Position numbers and translations under genes: made by a program. Of a stretch of DNA of 64,000 bases, positions 11,351-24,149 are shown in pieces. Origin of the DNA: Leucoraja ocellata (lineage: Eukaryota); the NCBI GenBank assembly GCA_036785375.1, contig JAWMAR010000168.1:4650001-4714000 (forward strand), given 5' to 3'. The first letter of the stretch is position 1; each line of letters starts with the position of its first letter. The notes below the pieces were generated by a model. The model was not told the DNA's origin, did not search any database, and saw nothing but the letters and a program-made list of their open reading frames with translations.

Positions 11351-11543
11351 AAAGGACACAGCATGCTGGAGTAACTCAGCAGGTCAGGCAGCATTTATGG
11401 AGAACATGGATAGGTGATGTTTCAAGTGGGACCTGAAACATCATCTATCCATGTAATCCAACGATGCTGCCTGACCCGCTGAGTTGCTCCAGCAATTTGT
11501 GTCCATTTGTGTAAACCAGCATCTGCAGTTCCTTGTTTCTACA
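11351..11543. mobile_element. Palindromic Penelope-derived element
   Basis: Inverted arms ggacacagcatgctggagtaactcagc...gatgtttca / tgaaacatc...gctgagttgctccagcaatttgtgtcc. Confidence 0.75.
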
Positions 11544-12049
11544 AGCTGCATAGCTTGTTGACTGAAGCATTGACCATAAGAGTCAGGTTGCATGTTACAG
11601 CTTACTTGGATCAATGTCAGTTAGGCTGCACTTGGATTATTGCATGCAGTTCTGGTCACAACACAATGTAGTTCAAAGAGCTGCCATGTAGTAATATATT
11701 AATGTGGATAGCTGGAAAAGAAAGAATACATCTGTATGTCAGTTGGTGAGAATTATAGCATGGCGATACTTTGAGTTTAAACCTTGGTGTTTAACTCAAG
11801 TATCCTAACCAGTTTTTTCACGTGATTGGAGCAGAATTAGGCCATTTGGCCTATCGTCTACTCCGCCATTCAATCATGGCTGATCTAGCTTTCTCTCTTA
11901 ACCCCATTCCAATGCCTTCCCCTCACAAGCCCTGCCAGAGGAGTACTAATCTCCTCTTTGCTAATATCAAAAAGGACTATTCGATATTATCCTCTTGACA
12001 TTTGTGAAGCATAACTCTTGGTAACTTATCTGTTGCATTTACTATAATA

Positions 12050-12958
12050 CTAGATTAAGTGGGATCCGTTGGGTCCCAGTCACACGGGAGGCCTGGTTCC
12101 CCCAACGCAACCCATTCCCCAATGCAATATTCCACCACTCACCCATTCCCCCAACGCAATATTCTACCACTCACCCATAGCCCCTAATTGCACAGGCGTG
12201 GCTCATTTCCCCTCATCATGGATGGGGGTGTATGAACATGGGGGGGATGGCTGTGAGCGCGGGGGGTTTATGGGGGAAGGGGGGGGGGGTTGTTGGGGGA
12301 GGGGGGTGGGCAGGGGGGAGGGGGGATAGAGCTCAGAGAAAAGACGGGGGAAGAGCCATGGGGGAGAAGGGGGGTATCACGGGGAAGGGGGGCTGGAGCC
12401 AGCGAGGGGGACCAGAGGAAAAGGGGCTGGAGCTGGCGGTGCGATGGGAACTCACCGTGGACGCTGGGCGCTGGGCGCTGGTCGTTCTCCAAGTCTCTGA
12501 TTTCCATTTGGCGACATCGGCAACATCTCTGACTCCGTGCCAGGCTGGGCTGGGTTGGGCTGGACCAGACCGGGCCAGGCCGCTTCCGGACCCTCTGAAA
12601 ATTGTGTCTGGTTGGAGACTTCCGCCACCATCCAGAGCGTCCTTCAGCTCCAGTAAAGACGTTATGACGCAGGAAGGGGCAGTCCGTCCCGTGGAGTAAC
12701 AGGAGAAGATACTAAACCACGCGCCACTGACTGGCAGGAGAGGAGATCGATCTATGTACGCGCGGTTTTTAAAAGATTTTTAAGCCTCGCGAACTTTTAC
12801 ATTATGCCACCGATCTGAACGAAACTTGGTGCACTCGCAGTGCAGGAGAACGGCGAGTGAGCTGGTGAAAAATCATAGCGCTATCACATACCGTTTTTGC
12901 GCAAATAGAAAAACCACACAAACTGTTAGATAACAAGATCACAGTTTTAGTTATGTAA
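12050..12958 (-). mobile_element. Non-autonomous Helitron (copy 1)
   Basis: Minus-strand 3' end: hairpin GGGACCC-AAC-GGATCCC then CTAG|T. The 5' end is a decayed TTACATAACTAAAACTGTGATCTTG, homologous to copy 2. No TSD. Confidence 0.8.
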
Positions 12959-12973
12959 TAATTATAATTATAA

Positions 12974-13735
12974 CTAGACTAAGTGGGACCCGTTGGGTCC
13001 CAGCATCACATGGGAGGGCTGGTCACCACCTCTCCACCAAATCCAATACTGCTCACCAGTGGGGGGGGGGGGGGGGGGTGGGGGCTGTCTGTTGCGCTAG
13101 TATCAGTGTTGCGGGCCGAAGGTACTGGTTTCCAGAGGGCTAGGATAGACATTGTGGGCCGTATGAATGCTTGGAGAGGCATCCAACTGTTGCAACTATT
13201 TTAAAAGCCAAGCCAAGGCAAAAAGATTGGGCTGCAGACACCCAACAACCAAAATTCATTTGTGAACACAAACTTGTTAAAAAAAAAGGCGGGGCAAACA
13301 ATTGGGCTGCAGACACCCGACAACCAAAATTCATTTTGTGAACACAAACTTTTTTCAAAGGGCTGCAGCCGCTTTACAGCCACATCGAGGGGACTCACCA
13401 TGGAGTAGACGTGCGTTCAGTGTTATTCGCAGCTCATTCTCTGCCAGACCCTCTTGCTTCCTGTGTCTGGCAGAGACTGAGTGAGGCACGACACTTCCTG
13501 GTTTTATAGTCCCTCCCCCTGCCGCCAGCAGGGGCAGCAGAGAGAATGGGGAAATTTGTAAAAACATTAATATCGCTCTCATTTTTTATCGACAGAAAAA
13601 AACTCCGCACTCATACGGAGGAGGGGAGCTCTGAGCGAGGTGGCCAAAAATGACGGCCGTAGGTGGCGGCATTCTCTCGGAAATCGCAGCACAGTCGGCC
13701 AAAAGTGGTCAAGATCAGAGATTTAGTAATATAGA
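12974..13735 (-). mobile_element. Non-autonomous Helitron (copy 2)
   Basis: A|TCTATATTACTAAATCTCTGATCTTG 5' end; perfect hairpin GGGACCC-AAC-GGGTCCC (12985-13001) 7 nt before terminal CTAG|T; inserted at AT with no TSD. Confidence 0.88.
13393..13530 (-). promoter_or_regulatory. Putative Pol II core promoter and first exon inside Helitron
   Basis: TATAAAA 13508-13502, CAGGAAGT, Inr TCAGT with A at 13478 (30 nt from the first T of TATA), ATG 13401-13399 directly followed by GTGAGT. Confidence 0.55.
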
Positions 13736-13777
13736 TAATAATAATAATAATAATGTTGGATGGATGGATGGATGGAT
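13736..13777 (+). repeat. (AAT)n and (GGAT)n microsatellites
   Basis: Direct inspection. Confidence 0.85.
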
Positions 13778-14084
13778 AAGCTGGATTGAACTCCTGAATC
13801 AGAAGGGTAAATAGAAGGACATATTGATGAACAGATATTAATGAAGGAGAGTTGTGTTGATGGTAAACAACTGCATTTTCCTGCTGGGCTTAATGACCTG
13901 CTTCTGTGTTATACACATTGTCACATGGCGGTAATAGGTGCAGGTCATGAAAAACCCACTGAAGAAGGGTCCCAACCCAAATCATTACTTGTCCATGTGA
14001 GGCATGTGAGGAGAACATGGTGAGGCAATTACTGTGCTGCTCCAGCACTTTATACATAATTTTATTTCTACTTCATGTACCTTC

Positions 14085-14240
14085 TTTAAATTGGATAGTT
14101 ATATGGACGGGAAAGGAATGGAGGGTTATGGTCTGAGCGCAGGTAGATGGGACTAGGGGAGAATACGTGTTCGGCACGGACTAGAAGGGTCGAGATGGCC
14201 TGTTTCCGTGCTGTAATTGTTATATGGTTATATGGTTTTC
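14085..14240 (+). mobile_element. CR1 subfamily 3' tail with (TATGGTTA)n end
   Basis: ggcctgtttccgtgctgtaattgttatatggttatatgg; the same tail occurs at ~23260-23415, ~31050-31150 and ~56620-56905. Confidence 0.75.
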
Positions 14241-14639
14241 ATGCTCCACTCAGTACACGAAATGCCAGCCTTTGTTACTGAATGTCATTGGTATATTGTA
14301 CGTGACACTCAATTTATTTTCCTTAACAATGGCGTGTGACATTGCTAATTGTTTTTATCCTGTTGGCACACCCAAATATCTTTCTCCCCTTTAATTCAAT
14401 GATGTTAAGTCTTTAACTATTTTAGCACCAGTGTGTTTAGCTTCTATTTCTTGTAATCAAGTATTGTTAGTCATCTCCCCACTGAATTGCTGAAGAGGCT
14501 GCTAATTATTTCTGAGGGTTTCGTTTAGTTTAGTTTAAAGATGCAGCTAGGAAACAGACCCTTCAGCCCATCACACCGACTGTGGATCGGTCAGACCTGC
14601 ATGTGCGAAACTAAGCATTGGTTAATCCACACCGACTAT

Positions 14640-14970
14640 GGAGAGAATGGTTCCATTAATGGGAGAGTCTAGAACTAGAGGTCATAGCCTCAGAATTAAA
14701 GGATGTTCTTTTAGGAAGGAGATGAGGAGAAATATCTTTAGTCGGGGGGTGGTGAATCTGTGGATTTCTTTACCATAGAAGGCTGTAGAGGCCAAGTCAG
14801 TGGATATTTTTAAGGCAGAGATAGATGGATTATTGATTAGTACAGGTGTCAGAGGCTATGGGGAGAAGGCAAGAGAATGCGGTTAGGAGGGAGAAATAGA
14901 TTGGATGGTGGAGTTGGCCTGATGGGCCGAATGGCCTAGTTTTAATCCTATTCCTTATGACTTTATGAAC
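14640..14970 (+). mobile_element. CR1 3' end inserted within an antisense SINE remnant
   Basis: gagtctagaactagaggtcatagcctcagaattaaagg (ESRTRGHSLRIKG) to tail; SINE pieces at ~14520-14580 and ~14970-15050. Confidence 0.75.
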
Positions 14971-15259
14971 TATTCACACGAGTTAAATGTGATCCCACTT
15001 TCTCATCCACACCCAACACATTTACAGAAGCCAATTAACCTACAAACCTTCTCCAATGCCTTGAATCATCTTACTTAACCGTGAGATTCGCATATCCTTC
15101 ATTAACGTTAGTGGAACTACCTGTTCACCCGGTCCCCTCATCTTGCTGAAATTATGCTTATCCAAGGACACTTACAAATGTGCTCTTTTTAGCACATATT
15201 AGGAATTCTGTTTTGCATTTCTGTCAAGCAAGATTTTGACTGTGTGAAAATTGAGACTC

Positions 15260-15780
15260 CCAATTTCAAGTAATACTCCCCAACCACCCACTCCCTCACA
15301 CACATTTTTCCACCCACTCCCATCATCCTACTCTTTTCCCCTTCTCTGTATGATCATCTCCCATTCCCTCTCCTTCTCCTCCCCTCTGACCCACCCAACC
15401 CATATCCATCCCTCTGACATTACATTTTACTCCTTGTCTTTCCTCACCTGACAACCTTTGTCTCCTTTTCATCTGTAGCCTTTTACTCCATGCATTTGTC
15501 CATCAGCGCTCTCTCCCCTGTATCCCTTAACCCCCCCCCCCCCCCACCGCACCTGTACCTCTCACTCCTCCCGCCCCCTCTCCACACTGCTCTCACCTGT
15601 ATCCACCAATTTTCAGCCAGGTTTTCCCCCATCTCCACGTCCATCTTCTAGCTTTCTTTCCTCAACTACAATCAGTCAGATGAAGGGTCCCAACCCAACT
15701 CGCCTGTCCTTTCCCTCCACAGATGCTGCCTGACCCGCTGAGCACAGCACAGCACAAGATTCCAGCAGTTTCTTGTGTCC
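15260..15780 (+). mobile_element. Degenerate Penelope-like 3' region
   Basis: Pyrimidine-rich body ending caatcagtcagatgaagggtcccaaccc...agatgctgcctgacccgctgag. Confidence 0.65.
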
Positions 15781-16494
15781 CCAAGTAAGATTTTGTAGCG
15801 GAGAAAATAATAATAGAAAAGTACCCTTTTAATGCTAAATTTACTTTTAAAAAGAGAGAGAGAGACTGTTTTTGTTTGAGGTGGTTTTAAGTTGATCCAA
15901 CTGATTGTTCTCCTGGACTTTTCCTCAGAAGACATTCCTTAAATTTGACACTGGGTTTGACAAAGGTTATTGGGGCTGAACTGACACATGACAATGACCC
16001 TAAACGTAGACTTTATTCTGCAGAGGACATGTGATAAATGGTATTTGTATTTACATTGGAATTAAATCAGTTATCATCAATAAAGCATCCAAGTTTGACC
16101 TGGTGACCAACTAATTGCTATATTTACACACGAAACTGCTATATATGTGAGCATTATCTTAAGCAACTATTTTTGTTGCTGGTAAATTTATATTTACCTA
16201 CACCACAAATGCATCTTGAAAATAACTTTGAATTGCTTTCTTTTCAAGACCTGGTAACATTTATTTTTTATTTCACGAGGAAACCTTTCGATATTTGTTC
16301 CGCTATCCTGTTCAGTAACAACTTGTAAGCTCACAGAGAGATACAGCAGGGAAACAAGATCCCTGGCCCTCGGAGACCGCAGGCATTACATTAATCCTCC
16401 ATTAAACCCATTTCTCTATCACTCACTACACACTAGGAGCAATTTACGGAGGCCTGTTCATCTGCCAACCTGCCCGTCTTTGGAACAAGGTTTG

Positions 16495-16770
16495 GGCCGG
16501 CACAGTGGCGCAGAGTTGGATGCTGACCATGGATACTGCCTGCGCGAACTTTGTACGTTCTCCCTGCGACCTGCGTGGGTCTTCTCCGGGTGTCTCTGTT
16601 TCCTCCAACACTCTGAAGACTTACAAGTGTATAGATTAATTGGCTTTGGTAAAATTGTAAATTGTCAACAGTGTGTAGGATAGTGTTAGTGTGCGGAGTG
16701 ATCGCTGGTCTACCTTTAGACTTAGTGGGCCCAAAGGCCTATTTTCCGCTGTACATCGAAAGTCTAAATG
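16495..16770 (+). mobile_element. HE1-like tRNA-derived V-SINE (antisense remnant at ~16330-16480)
   Basis: V-domain gtacgttctccc...tgggtcttctccgggtg...tttcctcc; CR1-like tail. Confidence 0.75.
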
Positions 16771-16898
16771 TCTCTGTAGAACTGTAGTCAGCAGTTCTGC
16801 CAGCTGATACCATGTATCCCGAGATTGACAGCCATCAGGAATCACCAATGTTTGATTGCTCATACCACTGGTAGCATTTCCATGGCACCTCCAAGGGA

Positions 16899-17800
16899 AT
16901 AATAATGATAATAATAATGTTTATTTATATAGCACTTTTCAACAAAATCAATTTGAACCAAAGTGCTTTACAGAGATTGATTAAACTAATTGAACAGATG
17001 AAATGTCAATAAATCCATACAAAATAAAAAGAAAAAAGAAAAAGAAAAAAAGACACAGAACTGTACACTATAGAAATCAACAAGAAACGTCCCCCCACAG
17101 CAGAATTCACTGTGAGGGAAGGCACTAAAAATATCCAGTTCTCCCCCTCATAGTCCACCCAAGGTCGGGGCCTATATGTGGCCTCCTCAGCCAACTCAAT
17201 GTTTACAGGCCCTCTGCCGCGAAGCTGGATCATCGGCGTCGGGTGAACATTCTTCAGCGGCCTGGACTGAAGCGGCCGCTTCCTCCCTGAAGACTGCAAT
17301 GTCCAAAGTTCTCGGGCCGCGCTGGCCGACCTCTGACACTGGCGAACGCGGACACCAGGCCCCGCGGTGTTGAAATCCAGTGCCGCCCGCCCGCGGCTGG
17401 ACGCTCTGCAGCCACAGCTCAACGCTGTTGCAGTCAGCGTTCACAGTGCCCCGGAGCTTACCGCAAGGTGACCCGGTAAGGCATCGCCCGCTCCGTGTTG
17501 GTGTTGGTGTCCCAGCATCTGCACCGCCGGCGACGCTGCAGTCCCGGCAGGAAACGCCGCTCCAGTGCTGCTCCAGCTCGATGGTAGGCCGCACAGAGAG
17601 GACGAAGAAGCGGTTCGGAAGAAAACCGCATCTCCGACCAGGTAGGACTGGGATTAAAACAGTTTCCCCCTCCCCCCCCCCACCCACCACATAAAAGAAG
17701 ACTTCCAATAAACATTTTGTACGGACAGGACTAAAAATAAAAAAGGGTGAAAGGACGGACTGCAGGAGGAGCAGCCATACACAACGGCGCATCACCCCCG
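16899..17800 (-). mobile_element. GC-rich non-coding retroelement family copy ending in an L2-type tail
   Basis: Body homologous to 46100-46815 (cccagtcctacctggtcggagatgcgg; gtgccttccctcacagtg); 3' end tgtaaagcactttgg...gtgctatataaataaa(tta)n. Confidence 0.6.
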
Positions 17801-19019
17801 CAGTCCGCCACAGTTATACAAAGTTGTCACAATGTCAAACCCACCAGAGAGCAGCAGCGTTCCCTAACGATAGCAGAGAAGACAAAAATATTAGACTAAA
17901 ACAAAACTGATCATCTTTCCCCAGGTCGATCATAACTCTACTCTCTGCTAACATACAGCTGTGCATTGCTGAGTTAAACCTATTCTCCTAACATCTATAA
18001 TTAAAATTTGGCACAAAACAATTCTCAGCTGTAGAGTTCTTGTGAAACTGTTATTGAGAAGGAACTAACACCCTCGATGAAAAATTGGCAGTTTGGTTTG
18101 CAGCGTGCAAGAACATTCCGGTACACAAACTTACCTACACGATGCTGGTTTATTTGGCACTACCTGATTGAAAAATGTATTTCTCCCCAAAATGAAATGT
18201 GATATCATTATGGACAAAGCGGCCCGACTTAATTCACACCCCATCCAGCACCATAAACATCCATTCCCCCCATCATTGCAGTGTACACATCTACACATGC
18301 AAAGCCATTACTCAGCCAGGCATCACAAAAGCATCTTCTAGAGCCACAAATGTTATCACCAAGGCCTAACATAAGTGATTCACGCCAATGAAAATCTGTA
18401 TGTTCCTCTCCAAGTGGCAAACAATCCTGACTTTGAAAGGTATTGTTCTTTCATTAACACTGGATCTGGATCCTGGAAATCCTTAGCCAACAGCACTGTG
18501 GCAGCATCTTCTCCAGCAAGGATACATCTGTTCCAGAAGGCAGTCCACCACTACTTTCACGGGCTAGGAGGAATGGGCAATAAGTACTGGGCTTGCCAAG
18601 GACACCAACATTCCAAGAAATAAAACAACCTATATCAGGATGGAATCTCCAATAATGTTAATCATATCTTTATCTTCTAGCCTTTCAGACAATCTCTGGC
18701 CATCAATGTGACCCACTACAGATGCCATGTCCCCAACTCCTTTAACAACCTTGTTGCAGGCACTATCATTCCCATGCACCCTGACTAAATTCATTGTATT
18801 GGTGTCACATGTACCGGGGATCAGTGAAAAGCTTTTTGTTGCATGCTATCCAGGTGAGTGAAAAGATTATACATGATTACAATCAGGCCGTCCACAGTGT
18901 TCGGATGCAGGATAAAGGGCATAGCATTTAGTGAAAGATGATTTGGCTGACAATTGTTTGACTGAGGCATCAGCCTTCCCACTCCCAATCCCCAAGGATC
19001 CCACACGCCAATTCCAACA

Positions 19020-21341
19020 CCTTGAGCATCCAGTCATCCCGGCTTGGAGAGAACCTACAATCCTGCTTTGACTGCATGGATTGGAATGTGTTCAGGGAAG
19101 CAACCACAAGCCTCGATGAGTATACGGACACTGGATCATCCTATATCAGCTTTTGCGAGGCCAGTTGCATTCCAACTAAGACTCGGACCTGGTTCAACAA
19201 CAACAAGCCCTTGTTTACTGCAGAACTCGGGCAGCTCCGACGGTCTAACGATGAGGCCTACAGGATCGGGGATGCAGACCTCAGCCCAAGTACAAGCTGA
19301 GAAGAGGAATCAGAGCTGCCAAGGAAGTTGAGGAGCAAGTTCTCAGCTAGTGACTCTTCTTCAGTTTGGAAGGGCTTACAAGAAATTACCAGCTACAAGA
19401 GGAGATCCCCCCACTCTTTGGACAATCGTCAGCTGACCAACGACCTGAATGAGTTTTACTACAGATTTGAAAATCAGAAACGTAATCCTGGTCCCCCCCT
19501 CCCCCCTCCCCAACCAACACAGCCAGACCCCAGTCTGCAAAGAATGGACCCTGCACCCTCTCCTTCCCATTCACCACTTCACACCTACCTACTTAAGTCA
19601 AGACTCCAGTATGAAGCGACTGGACCATTTCCCACCCCAACCAACACTTCACACCCACTCACAGCCTGACCTCAGTCTGCAAAAGACTGGGCCCTTCTAC
19701 ACCCACCTCCCCCCCCCCCCCCCTCCAATCACCACTTCACACCCAATTACCCACACCCTCCTTACTGAACAACATCACTTCATCAACAATAAAAATAGAG
19801 GAAGTGGAGAGGCTTTTCAGAAGACAGAAAAGCGGGAAATCTCCAGGACCAGACAATGTTCCCACTCTACTCTCAAGCTCTGTGCCAAACAACTGACTTT
19901 ACAGGCATACAGGCATGTTTAACCAATCCCTGCAAACATGTACTGTCCCTGCCTGCTTCAAAGTCTCCACTATTGTCCCTGTACCCAAAAAGGCAAGGAT
20001 TATTTGTCTTAATGACTACAGGCCTGTCACACTGACCTCTATAGTCATGAAGACACTCGAAAGGCTTGTGTTGGCCAAGCTGAAAACTATCACGATCCCC
20101 CTGCAGGACCTTATGCAGTTTGCATATCGGGCAAATAGATCAGTGGATGATGCCGTCAACCTGGGCCTGAACTTCATCCTCCAGCACCTAGACCGCCAGG
20201 GGACCTATGCGAGGATCCTGTTTGGTGATTTTAGCTCTGCATTCAACACCATTGTGCCAGAGCTACTACACTCCAACCTTTCCGAGCTGACTATGCCTGA
20301 ACCCCTCTGTTGGTGGATTACCTGACAGACAGGAAGCAGCATGTCAGGCTGGGAAAGCACATCTCGGACCCACAAACGCTCACCATAGGAGCACCGCAAG
20401 GCTGCGTACTCTCCCCTCTCCTCTCCTCTCTCTACACCAATGACTGCACCTCCACAGACACCTCTGTCAAGCTTCTTAAGTTTGCGGACGACACTACCCT
20501 GATTGGACTGATCCAGGATGGGGAGGAATCTGCCTACAGACAGGCAGTGACACAGCTGGTGCCATCGCAACAACCTGGAGCTCAATGTTCTTAAGACAGT
20601 GGAATTGATTGTAGACTTTAGGGTAGTTTCCCCTCCCCTCACCCCACTCACCATCAACAACACCACAGTCACATCTGTGGAGTTTTTAAGTTTCTGGAAA
20701 CCATCATCTCCAAGGACCTAAAGTGGGAGGCCACCATCGACTCCACAGTCAAAAAGGCACAACAGAGGATGTACTTCCTGCGGCAGCTGAGGAAACACAA
20801 TCTGCCACAGGCAATGACGGTCCAATTCTACATGGCCATCGTTGAGTCTGTTCTCACCTTCTCCATCATGGTCTGGTTTGGCTCAGCCACCAAGCACGAC
20901 ACCTGGAGGCTGCAGCGAATCGTCCGATCAGCTGAGAAGGTTATTGGCTGCGACCTTCCCTCCATTGATGAACTGTACACTGCAAGGGCCAGGAAGCGAG
21001 CGGGCAAGATCATCTCTGACCCCTCTCACCCTGGCCACAAACTCTTTGAATCACTTCCCTCTGGAAGGCGACTCCGGACTATCAAAGCTGCCACAGCCAG
21101 GCATAAAACAGTTTTTATCCACGAGTAGTTGCTCTACTCAACAGCCAAAAATCTGTAGCCTCCCTTTGATCTGGTATTTTGTTGGTTCACATGCTTGATC
21201 AATGGTGTTTTATTATTATTAATGTTTAGTGTTTTGAGTCATTTGTAACTGTCATTGTATGTCATGTTGTTACTTGTGGGCAGAGCACCAAGGCAAATTC
21301 CTTGTATGTGAATACTTGGCCAATAAACTGACTTACTTACT
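19020..21341 (+). mobile_element. Rex1/Babar-type LINE, 5'-truncated, frameshifted
   Basis: [76 protein letters not shown]; (TTAC)n tail. Confidence 0.92.
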
Positions 21342-21665
21342 TTCCACTAGTGGGAGAGACCAGGACCAGAGATTAGAGCCTCAGAGTAAAAGGAAGTTCC
21401 TTTAGAAAGGAGATGAGGAGGAATTTCTTTCGTCAGGTGGTGGTGAATCTGTAGAATTATTTTCCACAGAAGGCTGTGGAGGCCAATTCAATTGATATTT
21501 TTAAGGCAGAGATGGATAGATTCTTGATTGTTTTGGGTGTCAGGGGTTATGGGGAGAAGGCAGGAGAATGGGGTTGAGAGGGAGAGATTCAGCAACCATA
21601 ATTGAATGGCGGGGTTGACATGATGGGTCAAATGGCCTAATTTTGGTCCTAGAACTCATGAACAC
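21342..21665 (+). mobile_element. CR1 3' end
   Basis: ETRTR...RRNFF...VVNL remnant plus tail. Confidence 0.8.
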
Positions 21666-22754
21666 GAAATTTGACTGATCTTCTGGTGCCCCTGACCCTC
21701 TAATGGGCTTGATTTCATCCTGCACCCAAGGATCCTTTCTTCCAATGGCCGAACAGGCAGCCAACTTCCACCCGCCCGTCTCCCACTGTCCAAGTGATCC
21801 AGATTCTCTCCTGGCTATTCCCTTCCACCCAATCTCAAAATCCTCTCCACCCTAACACCCCATCTTCCAGCAGCTGACTAGACTGTTACTACCCCATGAT
21901 CCTCATTTTCCAGCAGCTGATCCACTCCACGCTGTTGAGTCCCCAGTCTCCTCACTGGTCTAATGGCCCGTTGACCCTGCATGCTTCACTTGGTTTCTTG
22001 TTGCCATCTGTGGGGGTTCAACAAGCTAGCAAAAGGTGATTGGCATTCTACACCACACCCATCAAGCAAAGCTGTTCTCTTGCAGCTGTTAACTCAAGTT
22101 GATATTGGCTCCTATTGATGATCCAGTGTCAGTCTTATACATTTGTGATGCACCAGAGCATTGGCAAGTGGAAGCAAAGGATGGCACCATGCAGTGTACT
22201 ATAGGCCAGTCATTTATTTGAACCAATTTGTAGCTGCTTCTGGTGGCTGCTCAAACCCCCTTCTTGGAGACCGAGGAGTGAGACCATTCCTTAGCACTCC
22301 GAGGGAGCCCAATGTTTCGTTTCAAACAAGCAGGTCTGACCGATCCAGCCCTTGGCTTTGAATTAGGAACCAAAAGTAGGGAATCATCCCAGCACACTTA
22401 CAGTGTCACCGGCGTGGAGGCAAGAGGCAAAGATTCACTCTGTTCTCACCTCGCTGCTAAAATATACAGGTGGAAATTGCAAACATTATAAATGCAGGTG
22501 CGCAGATATCAGGACAGGTGAGCAATGGAGACCACATCCTATGTTTAAATTTGGTTTATTATTGCCACTGTGAAAAGCATTTGTTTGCTTAATGCTATAT
22601 ACAAATACTATCAAGCCCATGTACAAGAACAATAGGCACAAGAAAGACAAAAATACTCGAGTGCAGAATAGTTTTCCAGCATTGTTCCATGTCGTGGTTC
22701 CAGAGAACAAATCCAATTTCCCCAATGAGGTAGGTTGGAAAATCAGGACTGTCC

Positions 22755-23065
22755 CCTAGGTTTAGCTTAGTTTAGAGATATAGCACGGAAACAGGCCTTC
22801 GGCCCACCGAGTCCACACCGACCAGTGATAAACACACACGAACACCATCCTAAACACACTAGGGACAGTTTGCATTTATACCAAGCCAATTAACCTACAA
22901 ACCTGTACATCTTTGGAGTGTGGGAGGAAACCAAAGATCTCGGAGAAAACCCAAGCAGGTCACGGGGAGAACGTACAAATTCCATACAGACAGCACCCGT
23001 CATCAGCATCGAACCGGGATCTCTGGCGCTGTGAGGCAGTTGCTCTACCACTATGCCCCCGTGTC
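22755..23065 (-). mobile_element. HE1-like V-SINE, near full length
   Basis: tRNA head (ggtagagc...ccggttcgatgc), V-domain and (AAACT)n tail on the minus strand. Confidence 0.85.
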
Positions 23066-24149
23066 TCCCCATGTTTATGGAAGACCGTCCGAAAGTCTGA
23101 TAACACAGGGGGGAAAAAAATCTGCATCTTTGGTCAGTCGCAGCTGAATTCTTTGTTGGAATTGATAGAATAAAAGCTGTACCTTCACCAATCTGCCTTG
23201 TTGGACAAAGAATCATTGCTGTTGCTCCCTTTACGGATAACCCGTTGGCATTGGAGAGCATGAATTGGATAGGCATATGGATGAGATGGGAATGGAGGGT
23301 TATGGTATGAGTGCAGGCAGGTGGGACTAAGGGAAAAAAGTTGTTCGGCACGGACTTGTAGGGCCGAGATGGCCTGTTTCCGTGCTGTAATTGTTATATG
23401 GTTATATATGGTTATAGCCATCAGGGAATAAGATGACAGCACTGTCTCCTTCATACCTCTGATCCAGTGTGTTGCATGTTTGGAGCTGTGGTATGAATGT
23501 TACTCCAGTAGACAGTGAGGAAGATGCAGGACAACACACTGATCCTGAATAAAAACAAATAGAAACACCATCAGGAGAAAGATGTGAAACAAGGAACTGA
23601 GGATGCTGGAATCTTGAGCTTCCTCGTGGAGTAACACAATGGATCAGGCAGCATCAGGAAGGGAATGGATAGGTGAACACATCAGGACCTGAAGTTATTT
23701 TTGGCCTATCTGCAATTCAATTTGGATTTTACTGCAAGGATACTGCCATAGTATACATCTCAATTGATGTTTTTGGCAATTTAAAGTTGCATATGAAGTA
23801 CGGCAGCTCGTTCCATACACTTGCCACCCTTTGCGTGAGAGTTACCCCTCAGATTCCTATTAAATCTTTCCCGCCTCACCCATTGGTTCTCGATTCCCCT
23901 ACTCTGAGCAGGGGTCTCCGTGCATCTACCCACTCTAATCCTCTCATGATTTTGTGGTGGTAGATTAGGCTACTTGGAATCACGAAAAGTAGTGAGGCAG
24001 AAATGACACAGTGATCACATGAAGAAAACAACTAACACTGAGCCTGCCTGTAACGTGTTTTATTGTCTGTTCCAGAAAAACAACTTATCTGGGTTCTGTA
24101 CTACAGATGGAGCATTTAAAGCAGCACATCGCAAATGTTTTGAAGAAGG

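Noticed and set aside
17006-17795. Long GC-rich ORFs here and at 46131-46751
   Set aside because: They lie in a repeated non-coding family, frames are not conserved between copies, and no domain is recognisable.
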